This document shows positions 51,223 through 62,769 of a DNA stretch of 64,000 bases, piece after piece. The position numbers and the translations under genes were made by a program. The notes beneath the pieces are model-generated. The model saw only the letters and a list, made by a program, of their open reading frames with translations. It was not told the origin of the DNA and ran no database searches. This stretch comes from Chlorokybus atmophyticus. Its lineage: Eukaryota; Plantae; Mesostigma and Chlorokybus algae. How positions within the stretch are numbered: position 1 is the stretch's first letter; each line of letters opens with the position of its first letter. The DNA is taken from positions 676,310 through 740,309 of the forward strand of contig RHPI01001737.1 of the NCBI GenBank assembly GCA_009103225.1, given 5' to 3'.

Positions 51223-53909
51223 CTAGCTGGGGATGACCTGTTGTTCTTCCGCAAAAGAAATGAGCTCCCGGATGGCAACTTCTCGCGCGCCAACAAGGCC
51301 GACAGATGTATCCAGCACAACCTTCAACGGCATCTCTCTTAGCACACCCGTGAACTTGGGGTTGCTTTCATTATAAAACGCCTTCAAAAGCCCTCCATTC
51401 TTGATCCTCTCTAGCAGCTTGCTGGGAATGCCTCCCGCAATGTATACGCCGCCATATGCAAGGGCAGTGACTGCAAGATTGGACGCAACCTGCTCCCAAC
51501 ATCACCCACAATTTTTAGCACATCATTGCATAAGCATCATCTTCATCAACACACGAGTCCCACACCTGACCAATGATCTCCAGGAACAAGTCCACGGCCT
51601 CAACGCACGTCTCGTCCTCCTCTGTGACAGCTAGCTTGCCAATGGCGGGGGCCTTGAGGTCCGGATTATCAACTTGGCGATTGTGGTGCTGGACTAGGAA
51701 CTTGTAAACGCGCTCCAAACCTTTGCCGCAGGCAACGTGCTCAATCTGCAACACACAATATGCAAGATGCTCAGTCAAGGGCTGAACCATTGCTCTTGCG
51801 AGTAGCTTTTTAGGCACCTCACAGAAGCCTTCTGTCTCCTCGATGTACTTCTGCAGAGCGCGCTGCAGCTTGTTTCGCGGTGCAAAATCTGCATGGCCTC
51901 CCTCACTCGACCACACCTGCACAACAAACATGCAGGCGAGAGCTCCTCAAGTGACATGCACATGCAGACTAGTACTTGAATGTAGGGTACACATATGCAT
52001 GATGCGCCACACAAAGCCACAATCGAAAACGCAACTTAGTTGCTGAAGACATCTGACATTATGTACTAGTCAATGCAAAGGTTGATGTTGGCCCTACCGT
52101 GTAGTCATTTGCGGCATTGTCCCACGTCAAAAGAGCGACCCCGAGGCCGGTGCCGGGGCCGAGGCAGACAATTGGCTTGCCCACCTGTTGGGATTGCCAA
52201 AGAAACCAATTCATGCGTGGTGAGACAAGACACTCCTGCCACTGTGACCAAAGTGTGCATGCTCTGACACCTGTTGCTGCGCGTTATTGAGGACAAATAA
52301 CTGCTCTTTGTGCACGGCGAGAACGCCATAGCCCACAGCCGCAAAGTCATTGAGCAATCGGACACGCGGGATGTCAAACTCCTTCGCTATTGCCTCCTCC
52401 TCCAACTGCCACCTGCATGCATGCATTGCACGCAAGACATTGGTATGCAGTGGTTTTGCCAAGGCGCAAACACCATGTGTTGTTGCTGACACCACACAAG
52501 TTTGCAAACAGATCAACAAGCCTACCCCAGATTTGTCATGTTGACCTTGCCGTTGATAACTGGCCCGGCAATAGCCAGACTGCAGCTCACAACTGGAAAG
52601 GCACTGTCAGCACCTCCGGCCTTCTTTGCTTCCTATCAAAATAATGTGTGCGTGTTCGCGCGCATGCGCATGTGTGCATGTGTTGGTGTGTGCTCACATG
52701 CGTGTGCACACGTGCGTGTGCTTGTGTAAGTGTGCATGTGTATCTCTGTGCGTGCTCGTGTGTGCTTACGTGCGCATGTGTATCTCTGTGCGTGTATGTG
52801 TGTGTCTCTGTGTATGCATCTTGGTGTGCAGTGGCGACCGTCAAGCCCCTCACACCTTGATGAACTTCGCGAAGGCGGCACTGAAGGTCTCATACTTAGA
52901 GGTGTCGTAGACCTTCTCGAGGAGGACGTCGGGCGTGGACGAGCGGTCCTTGAGGCTGCGTGGATTGATGGTGGCCAACGTGAAGCGTGCATTCGTGCCG
53001 CCGATGTCACCCGCCACAATCCCAACAGAGGTTTCTTTCTTCAAGTTAACCCGCCTGCTCCCTGCCGACACGGATTCCGCCGCCTTTGCCGCCTCCTGTT
53101 GGGTGGGATGGTTACAATACAGTTGTGTGTTTGCTACTTTTGACGACACACACACAAACAACAGTGCACAGCATACCGAGCGGATGTGTAGTTGGTGGCG
53201 CTTCTGCCTGGTGTTGGCATGGCGTGCGCGGGAAGCAATGCGGGCTTGCAGCGTTGCAAGTGGTGAGGGCTGCAGCAACACACGCAAACAAGCAGGCAGT
53301 TTTATGACAGATTATGTATGCATGCATGCATGCATGCACAAGGGCAGAGAGCCGTCTAGATAGTAAATTCAATCTGGCGCTTGCAAGCATGATTGTATGC
53401 AATTGGACAGGAAGATCTACTGTTTCTTGCCAGCTGGCAAACAGTTGTGCGCATTGATGTGTTCGTACTGTTGCGGATGCGTAACTGCATTAAAACAAAA
53501 CGGCAGTTTGATCATGATGTCAATCATGGATCTGGCTGCAGCCAACTTGGCTTGCTAGCGTGTCTGTGTCACTGTCTAGCAGTGACTATTTGCAATTGAT
53601 CCATGCAACGCTGTCCGCTTTCATGCATGTATGTACTGTATTCTGATCAAGAATGCTGATGCGCAGCAGCCACACGAAGCAAGCCTCGAAAAATCAAGAG
53701 CGTGAGCTTTGAGTTGAAAGCTGGCAGAGGCAGGCAGAGGCATGATGATGAGTACGCAATGCACAACAGCCGCCACTTTTTTTGCCATTCCTCATTGCCA
53801 CCAACCACCAAACCTTAAGTGCTACCGCCTCATGTGAACCTTTCCCACTCTCGCTGCGGATCGCTCCCGACAGACCGCACCACACCACCGGTGACGCCAA
53901 CGCCGCCAT
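51223..53909 (-). CDS. GLK: Glucokinase, bacterial Glk family, with putative plastid transit peptide
   Basis: IVAGDIGGTNARF, LLNDFAAVGYG, LGPGTGLG, SEGGHADFAP, HVACGKGLER, GGVYIAGGI; first exon inferred as MAALASP...VALK (ATG 53909) spliced to PSPLATL...HIRS. Confidence 0.9.
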
Positions 53910-54688
53910 TGCTCACGACGATCACAACGCCCACGTCGCCGGCAACGACAGCACTGACTGGAGAGGCTCTGAGTTGGCGTCACACTGTAACGGCCATGCT
54001 ATCCAATGACATGGCACACCAAACAAGGCTGCGCTGTCCATTAACTGAATAATGTCGACGGTCGATCAAGAAAGTAATAGATTCATTGTATGCCCAACAT
54101 CGCTGGCAGAGTATGAGAATGCAAAGGGGATTTCGTGCAGTTAAGGTCATGCACAACAATCCAGACCACAAAACAGCAGCAGACATATTCTATCTATACA
54201 AAATACGACATACCGATATATGCATAGGAACGCACACACAATGCAAAGTGCAAAGTATATTGTGCAAGCCAATTGCAAGTCGGGGGGCCCATAAGTCGCG
54301 GCCACTTGCAATCATACACCTCATGCATGATGTAAGCAACGTGCATGCCGACCTTCTCGGCTAATTGTTTTAGCAAAACACAATTGTTGCAGTGGTTCGA
54401 AGCTTACATAACCCTTTTTCTCTCATTATTCCCTGTAAAGTGGGCACCAAAATAGGCTGTTCTATCTTTATGATTAACACATTACTTTTTCTCTTAACGA
54501 AAGAATCCACACATTTAACACTCAAATAGTGCAATAAGATCCGGAGGACCATTATTGGGCCATGTTTATATTATGCTAACTCTGCAACTGAATAAAGCGC
54601 TTACGTTTGCTACTCTTGTAAAAGACAATAAAGGCTCTGATGCAAGTTCATTATTTACATGCACATACCATATATTAAATGTCCACAT

Positions 54689-54689
<1 letters not shown>

Positions 54690-54742
<53 letters not shown>

Positions 54743-54961
54743 NNNNNNNNNNNNNNNNNNNNNNNNNNNNNNNNNNNNNNNNNNNNNNNNNNNNNNNNNN
54801 NNNNNNNNNNNNNNNNNNNNNNNNNNNNNNNNNNNNNNNNNNNNNNNNNNNNNNNNNNNNNNNNNNNNNNNNNNNNNNNNNNNNNNNNNNNNNNNNNNNN
54901 NNNNNNNNNNNNNNNNNNNNNNNNNNNNNNNNNNNNNNNNNNNNNNNNNNNNNNNNNNNNN

Positions 54962-55050
<89 letters not shown>

Positions 55051-55056
55051 CGCGCG
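54690..55056. repeat. (CT)n microsatellite spanning an N gap, ending in (CG)11
   Basis: (CT)n 54690-54742, Ns 54743-54961, (CT)n 54962-55034, (CG)11 55035-55056. Confidence 0.95.
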
Positions 55057-56342
55057 CTCGCTGTCTCTCTGTCTCTCTTCTTACTTTATTCATTAAGCAT
55101 TCCGCAAGCAAAGCAATCAGGTTGTCTTAATCCACAAGCATCTTACATTGTCATCACCACAGCTTCCTTAAACAACTTGTATAAGAATATCGAGATGTTA
55201 TATAACAATTCATATTGCTGTGTCCACGATAGCAACCCACAAGCGATTACCCCCTTACGACTTTACACGTACTCTTGACATTGGTTTCGTGAGCTGATGA
55301 AGAGATGGCACTTTGAATGCTAGGCTAAGATGTAAAATGCTGCTCACCCTCTGATAGGCGTAGTATCTAGCTGCGCACCGCATGTGTGCATGACAGGATG
55401 GCAAGTGCTACATTATAAGCTGCAACTGCAATATATACAAACTGCAAGCATCAACGGAGTAGACAAGCTGCTTTTAGCTTTATTTGTTATAGCAACCTAG
55501 CACTTTGATGTATATTAGCTCAGCTGCCGGAGCCTTCAAAAGTTTTTAATTTGGGAGCTTCTCGTAAAAGCTGTAGCTCACATATTTTGCAGGCATGTGC
55601 CACCATGTGACATAAGCTGGTACATGTTGCAAAAACTAATTTCAAGTAGTTGCGATAGAGCAAGCGCACGTTAAAAAGTTGTGACTCACAATTTGTGAGA
55701 GCGACATGTATGGATCACGATCTGAGGCGAAGCACCATTGCAAGCGCCTATCAAAAGCTTGAAACATACATGCATTTATTGTTCACCCACAAACGACCAT
55801 GTGCTCTATCCCCCACAAGCGAGCCCGCGCCCTCAAGCCTCCCATAATAATGTAACAATAGGGGTTCTGCCCACTAAGCTATGCAAAAGTTGCTGCCATG
55901 AGTGAGGCCTATAAATTATTTAAATTACGTTACGTTGAGGCACGGCATGTCGGTTATGCTTTTATTAATCATGTCACTAACGTGACGTGATTACCACGAT
56001 ATACATCAATAGATTTATAATATATTGCGCCACAACAAGCATTGAATTGCGTTGATGTTGGTGCCTCGAGAAGCTCATTGATGCAAAGGTCTCCTATAGC
56101 ACGATTAACTGTAATACTTGCGTCAATGGCACATGATGCCATGATGGGGCGGAAATAACCAACCGGCTCACCGTAACCATAATTCAGCGGTGTTGTTGTA
56201 GACTAAATATGAGAGCCACAACGAGCTTGCATGGCCCACACACTGTGTCTGTTTTGCCCGAAAAAAGCATAGGCTCATAGGTATGACAAAGAGGGTTCCG
56301 ATCAACAATCTACGGTTGGTAAAGTCACTGCTATGAGTGACG

Positions 56343-56418
56343 CCTGATACAATATAACCAAATCCAGGCCTGATACAATATAACCAAATCCAGGCCTGAT
56401 ACAATATAACCAAATCCA
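56343..56418 (+). repeat. Head-to-tail 26-bp tandem repeat, 2.9 copies
   Basis: CCTGATACAATATAACCAAATCCAGG at 56343 and 56369, partial copy at 56395; no spacers. Confidence 0.95.
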
Positions 56419-57488
56419 CAATCCTCCCTAACATAATTGTCAAGTTCCCTTTCATCCTTTTGATCAATCGTAAAAGCGGCGTGGGCTCTGTCCCTATTGG
56501 GATTTGAGCTCACCACCTCAAGCTCCCAATCCAATGTAATTGAAAAGGTTCCAACCACTAATGTATGGCAGCAAAAGTCGCTGCCTTAAGGAAGGACTGA
56601 ACATCGTAAGCACCAACATTACGATTCATACCAATCCGTGAAAATGAACCTTGCAAACTTTAGACCGAAAATGTGATATTGCTAGAGGTGACATCCAAAT
56701 GCAATGTGCAAGACACTTAGCAGGGCTTACATGAAAAGAAGTGTAAGGTGACCCATGTGCGGATGTTAAGCTTTGAAACCTGTATATACGGACTCCGATT
56801 CAGTACTTATTTTGCTAAAGATGGTTACCCAGTGGCGGTAGACTGATATATGATGTTCATGAGTAAACGCAAAGGCAGCCCATGAGAAACCCGCTTGCAT
56901 GGCAAAGCTTGTCTTTGAGTTGACATGTACTCGTGCTCGTGTGTAGTCAGTAACCGATAAATGCAACTTGCATTCATGCATGCATGTATTGGATGTACAA
57001 GGCCCAACCGTCCGTTCGGCCTTACACATTGAGCTTAAGGTGATTTGCGGCACATCTTTAAGCTACTATGCGTTGGAGAGGACCCGTTGTCGTCGCAAAT
57101 CGTGCCGGTTAACTGCTCGTAAATGCTGATGTTCAGCAATGACACATATATTACGTACAATCTACGACCTGCCTAAATATCACAAGTTGCTCAGATTTTA
57201 AGCATAAGTTCTGTTGTAATAAGGATTCAGCGACTCGTTGCTAATCGGCTAAACGGATGGATTGTCATATGTTAACACCGTTAGGTCTTAATGATGGCAA
57301 CTACGGTTGCAGGCGCTTTTGCCCACAAATAGCAAACAATCATAAACGAAACACTCAACGGCGACGGCGGCAGCGCCATGGCTACCAATTTTTCGTCAGC
57401 CCAGTGCCTGAGAGCCGAAGCGCTAGCGAACGCTGTTTTAAGTGGGCGTCAGATATGTGACGGCTGAGCAACATGCGAAAATTGCTTT

Positions 57489-57722
57489 GGGTCGAGGGGA
57501 GTCGAGGGTCACACTGTCTCGGGCCGCTACAGGAATAGACATGCTTGCTAGCCCTGTCGCTGCAACATGTTACAACATGTAGCAAAAGTATAAGATAACC
57601 CAGCTCGTATGACGAGGAATGCTTGGTGGAGCTGCTCCGCTATGGCTGAGTCACACGGACATGTGGAGGCGGTGTTCTCCTTAATGTACATGATGTGCAG
57701 TAGGACACACAATCAACAAGCC
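57489..57722 (-). repeat. Diverged second copy of the Gypsy LTR segment
   Basis: Colinear with 58320-58554 (GGGTCGAGGGGAGTCGAG...GGGCCGCTACAGGAAT...GTCACACGGACATGTGGAGGCGGT...TCAACAAGCC) with scattered mismatches. Confidence 0.8.
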
Positions 57723-58552
57723 ACTACTATAGGTAGTGCTGTTTACACAGTTCCTTACATGAGCGGAAAATTTGTTACACTATCAAGTGAGGTGAATGAG
57801 CAAGCAACACGTGGATACTATGCCCTGACTGATGCCAACAAACACACTGCAACCAGGCACCAAGCTCACAGCAATGACAAGCACGATGCACACACGAGCA
57901 TGCACAGGCTCTCACACAGTGAGGGGGTTCTTGGTAACCGGGATGGCGTGTTCGTAGTTCAAGTCGTTTCACAAGCTCTTAGCTTTTTCACTCACAGTGT
58001 TACCAGCTGATCCGGTGAACACTATAACTACTTATACAAGTCAAATCATGACTGTTCAGAACATAAGATAACCGTCATATCGAGGCTAATTCCACAGCAA
58101 TTGTCACTCGATATAGAAGACAACTTATCACCGAACTCACAACTGAGCAGCTACGCGCGGTGCCTATGTAGGCTATGATCGTGAGCTACTCGGAAGTCAT
58201 GACCTAGCTATTGGTCCGTGACGCGCGCGCGCTGGTATGCTGATAGGCCGGGCGATGGTTTTGATGTAGCCATGCTCGATGAAGGCCGGTATGCATGGGC
58301 AGCAGGCACGACAGCTGTCGGGTCGAGGGGAGTCGAGGGGAGTCGAGTCCCGGGCCGCTACAGGAATTGACATGCTTGCTAGCCCCGTCGCTGCAACATG
58401 TTATAACATGTAGCAAAAGTAAGAGATAACTCAGCTCGTATGACGAGGAGTGCTTAGTGGAGCTGCTCCGCTGTCGCTGAGTCACACGGACATGTGGAGG
58501 CGGTTGATTTCCTTAGTGTACATGCTGTGCTGTATGACACACAGTCAACAAG

Positions 58553-58649
<97 letters not shown>

Positions 58650-58816
58650 NTCCTCCATGGGTATTGCGTCTAATGGGGGCTCCAGGCAATAGCAATGCAG
58701 GCCCTTATTGCAGCCGTCGCAGAGCATCATGAGTGCGTCATCGCCGGCACTGCCGCAGCGTTCACAGCGTGTGCTGCGGGCGGGGCGAGGGTGCTGGATG
58801 CGCGTGAAGCCTGCTA
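58650..58816 (-). pseudogene. PHD finger at the integrase C-terminus (truncated by poly-G/gap)
   Basis: CERCGSAGDDALMMLCDGCNKGLHCYCLEPPLDAIP gives the C4HC part of C4HC3; continuous with NCVPCHLPYIA once the TRIM and one TSD are removed. Confidence 0.9.
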
Positions 58817-59344
58817 TGTAACGGGAAGGCACATTAAAATTACCACAAATCGACCATAAAAGCACCAAGTCTTTTGTGGTCGAGTGGGCTGTGACATTGG
58901 TCATCGGAGCTTGAGACCCGGGTTCGATTCCTGCCTTGCACACGAATTCCGCTGTCGTTGTTTCTCGATCCAATAATCGTAAATGGTCACTTTATGAGTG
59001 CCATCATCGATGGGTCGCGACTTGCCTAATGGCAGTCGCGCCGAACTGACCAGTTCAGTCGGCGCGGCAGGGCGCGACCTGCCTATCGCGGCGACGCGAC
59101 CTGTGGGGCCGGCAGCGGAGCGCTATGCGCGCGCTGACCGGTATGGGCCTAAATTAGCCGGTCCTTGGATGTGGGGCCGGTGACCGACCCTAACAAACCC
59201 CTTGGGTAATTCCCCAGCTGACCGCGCAGCTGCCGAGGACGTCAGCGTTCTTAAGTGGAGGGGAATGTAACGGGAAGGTACATTAAATTACCACAAATCG
59301 ACCATAAAAGCACCAAGTCTTTTGTGGTCGAGTGGGCTGTGACA
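58817..59344 (+). mobile_element. TRIM (terminal-repeat retrotransposon in miniature), 528 bp
   Basis: LTRs 58817-58896 and 59266-59344 (TG...CA, 2 differences); PBS-like TGGTCATCGGAGC 58898-58910; PPT AAGTGGAGGGGAA 59253-59265; 5-bp TSD TGCTA at 58812-58816 and 59345-59349. Confidence 0.95.
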
Positions 59345-59349
59345 TGCTA

Positions 59350-60869
59350 TGTAAGGAAGGTGACATGGCACGCAGTTCACCATGTTGTCTTTCAACCTTT
59401 TGCCATTCTGACCAAGTGGCTGCCATGCGATAGGCAAAGTCCCCTGTTTGAAACCACTGTTGGCGCTCCTTGTAGAAGCCGCTCCGCACGCGCTCGTAGC
59501 GCAGAATGTCGTGGTGCTGTGCGATGCGCAGGTTGAAGGCCATCGGGACGGTGTGCTCAAACAGCGTGGCGCGTGTGGTAATGTCGTAATGCATCCAGTC
59601 GGCATCGTCGAGGTTGTTCACCACACGGTCTATTTCCTGCTGTGCACGAAAGGGAAGCAATGGCGGACACCCGAACAGCAGGTAGTATGGCTTGTACTCA
59701 TGTAGAGCCGCCTGCTTTGACAATCGGTATCCAAGAGCCATCCACGGAAGGTGGTCGTCCCATGTGTTCTTCTCATACTCCAGCACGTACTTGCGGAGTG
59801 CCTTCTTGATGGTCTGTATTGTCCGCTCGGCGAGACCGTCGGCTTGAGGGTCGTCACGCGAAGTGCGGCGATAATCGATGTAGCATCTGTCCAATAGGGT
59901 GTCAAACTCCCCTATGAACTCAGTTCCCTGGTCGGTGATGACCTCAGCGCAGCTGCCGAACCGGCTGAGGACATGGGAGAGGAAGGCTTGAGACACCCCC
60001 CTGCTGCTCTTGTCGGGTAGTGGCACCAGCTCCACCCATTTAGAGAAGTGCTCGACTATGACCAGGATGTAGCGGTTGCCACGTGCCGAGGGTGCCAAGT
60101 CTCCCATGTTTACATACACACGTGCAGGTGACACGCCAACAACATCAACACAAGAGCATGACTGCTACTGCCATTAATGTCATACAAGTCCAAGGGTTTT
60201 ATACCCCGCCAGTTTTTATACACGTCTACATTTGCAAGCACCGCGTGTACAATACTCAGCCTTTCAACGCGCTCTATGTTTTGCTGTTCAGCTCACGACT
60301 AGAGCTTTTCAACAAGCTAAGCCACGCCTGCTAAGCTTATGTAGCCACAAAGCTACGCGGTTTCTCCCGACGCTCTACTCAGCATCTGGTCCGGAATCCG
60401 TCCTGGCTCGACCGTCTTGCTAAGTCCGGAGTCGAAGTGCTCAACCCATACCTTCAACTCTCGACTCCTGTGTGGAGGGCAAGCTGATCGGATACAAGCA
60501 TCACTCATGTGATACCTTCAACATCCCAAGATGTCGAGTCCCCAGCGATAGAACAGACCGGAGAGGGGGCAAGGTGGCGCTGCGTGTACTGAGGCTGGCG
60601 CGTACCATGTCACACTATTGGCAGCGACTGATGAACCCCTGCACCTGTTTTTACAGCCCATACCACCAATATTGCGCCCTTGCCAGGCTGACGGTGCGCT
60701 CGACACCAAAGTGTCCAAGCTTAGTGTGGAGGGCAGCGATGATGCCCTCGCATGTGGTTGGTGTCGGCACCTCCTTGTCCTTGTCATGGATGCGGCGGTA
60801 CACTTTGTCATCCGCCCATCGAAAGTGGCAGGTGCGTTGACTGACACGATCTTTCTCTCGTGCACTCAT
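59350..60869 (-). pseudogene. Gypsy integrase (zinc-binding HHCC region and DDE core), interrupted by solo LTR
   Basis: HTKLGHFGVERT, YWWYG, GLFYRWGLDILG|DLAPSARGNRYILVIVEHFSKWVE, VITDQGTEF, PQADGLAERTIQT. Confidence 0.92.
60107..60523 (-). mobile_element. Solo LTR (417 bp) inserted in the integrase gene
   Basis: TGTT...AACA termini; 5-bp TSD TCCCA at 60102-60106 and 60524-60528; removal restores GLDILG-DLAPS; TATAAAA motifs on minus strand suggest orientation. Confidence 0.9.
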
Positions 60870-60890
60870 GTTAGAAGGAAGCTGGCCACT

Positions 60891-62500
60891 TTAAAGGAAG
60901 GAGAATGATGGCTTGTCCAGCCATATGTTCTGCCTGGTGGGTGCCAGCTCGGTGTCGTCGACTTCAATGTCGACCGCGTGGACGTCCCTTAGGGGTGTGA
61001 TCACTGTGGGGTCGGCAGACTCAAAGGCAGGAATCTCCTCTATTGTTGAGGTGGTGTTGATCTGGCGCCCTGACCGTAGCGCGGCAACAGCAAACATGGC
61101 CGCCACGGTGGGAGCTGTTGCTGCGGGGCCGAGCTCGTGCCGAGCTCCGGTTGCATCGTTGGTACTGCGGGGAGGGTTGCGACTGAGACCATCAATGTCG
61201 TGATTGGTGAGGCCGGCGCGGTGGTCGATCTCGAAGTCATACTCCTGCAGCAATAGGGCCCAGCGAGCAAGTTTCCCTGTCAAATGTTGGTTGGTCATCA
61301 ACCACTCAAATGGCTGATAATCGGTGATCAGCTGAAATTGTTTATAAAAGAGGACAGGTCTGAAGAAGGAGATAGCCCATACTGCAGCGAGGCACTCCCC
61401 CTCGTAGCTGCTGTGGTTGGCCTCAGCGCTGTTGTTGCTTCGGCTGGCGTACGACACCACCCGCTCCTTCTTGTTCTCATCGTGCTGTACCAGCACAGTC
61501 CCCATCTCAAGCTTGCTCCAGTCGGTGTGGAGGATGAAGAGCTTGTTGTAGTCAGGACGTTACAAGATGAGATCGGTGGTGAGCCTGCCCTTTAGCTCCT
61601 GAACGCCTGTTGTTGTGGCTCCCTCCACGCAAACTTCACTTCTTTCTTTAGAAGCTCGTTGAGGGGTCGCGCGATCTTTGCGAAGTCCTTCACGAACCGG
61701 CAATAGTAGTTGGCCAGGCCCAGAAAGGCGCGTAGGCGCGTAAGGTCTGTGGGAGCAGGGATAGCCGCCAAGGCCTTCACCTTTGCCTGCTGTACGTACA
61801 CACCGTGGGGCACAATCATGTGCCCTAGGTAGGGTACCTTGCGAGTGAGGAAGGTGCACTTGTCGGGGTGCACTGCCATCCCTACCCTGTTGAGTCTCTC
61901 CAGCACTTCTTCAATGTGCTGTAGGTGCTCTTCGTTGCTGCGGCTAAAGATGAGAACGTCATCAATATAGCATCGTGCGAAGTTCAGCCCCTTCAAGGCC
62001 TTGTCCATGACGCGCTGAAACTTGGCAGGAGCATTTTGTGGTCCGAACAGCATGACCTTCCACTGGTACAGCTGTCGGTTGCCCCAGAAAGAGGTCTTGT
62101 GCTTATCCGCCTCCATGATGGCGATTTGATTGTACCCTTGTCGCATGTCCAGGATACTGAAGACAGTACATTCTCCTACATCATTAAAGATACCCTCTGC
62201 AGTAGGCATTGGACACCTGTCTTATTTGATTTTGTTGTTGAGGGGGCGATAGTCGCCGCTCATACGCCGGTCTGTCCAGTTGCTTGCTAAATTCTTCTTC
62301 AGGGGCATGACAGTCGCGGCCGCAAAGTCCGATGTGGACTCCTCAATCAGGCCAGCATCTAGCAGAGCCTCGCACCTCTACTCCACCAAGTCTTCTTCCA
62401 ACTTAAAGAGGCGGTAGTGTCGCTAAAACACCGGTTCGGTGTCCACCAACTTAATGTCCATTTGGTAAACTGAGCAAACGCCCAGTTACTTCTCACTGAA
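60891..62500 (-). pseudogene. Gypsy reverse transcriptase and RNase H
   Basis: DYRPLN, FSILDMRQGYNQI, KTSF, FGPQNAPAKFQR, CYIDDVLIFS, YLGH, FLGLANYY; RNase H LHTDWSK, VVSYASR, YEGECLAAVWA, TDYQP, ARWALLLQEYDF. Confidence 0.95.
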
Positions 62501-62769
62501 GCTGAACTGACTCCTCCACTTGTTGAGGAGAGCCTTAAGTTGTTCTCGCGTCTGGCCTGTAGCCAGTAGTCCAATGGCATGGGACCAAGAGGTAGCGTTG
62601 GCGATTACTGGGATGTCCTCCACAGTGACTGCTGCCTGCTCCTCCATATGGGCGATTTCGAGGGCGGTATGTGCCGCTTTGGTCTCTTGCACGCGATCGG
62701 CCCACCCCCGCCAGGTGTTCGAGCTCCTGGAAGAACACATGGCGGTTTTGGAGAGCAAAGCATATTTTC

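Noticed and set aside
14215-53909. AGE epimerase and glucokinase as a metabolic gene cluster
   Set aside because: About 34 kb apart with unrelated housekeeping genes between them; no evidence of linkage.
54555-55278. ORFs with LS/ER repeats
   Set aside because: Translations of the (CT)n microsatellite and N gap.
56343-56418. CRISPR-like array
   Set aside because: Repeats are head-to-tail without spacers, and the context is eukaryotic with no cas genes.
56430-57060. Degenerate protein-coding remnant on the minus strand
   Set aside because: Frames contain multiple stops and no family could be recognised.
58553-58650. Poly-Gly/poly-Pro coding run or G-quadruplex element
   Set aside because: About 97-nt homopolymer ending in N, most likely an assembly or sequencing artefact hiding the end of the PHD and the true PPT. 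The C-runs at ~36948-36967 and ~37223-37228 are treated the same way.
58870-58942. A functional tRNA gene inside the TRIM
   Set aside because: Acceptor stem does not pair, anticodon stem is weak and position 33 is not U; kept only as a tRNA-like promoter hypothesis.
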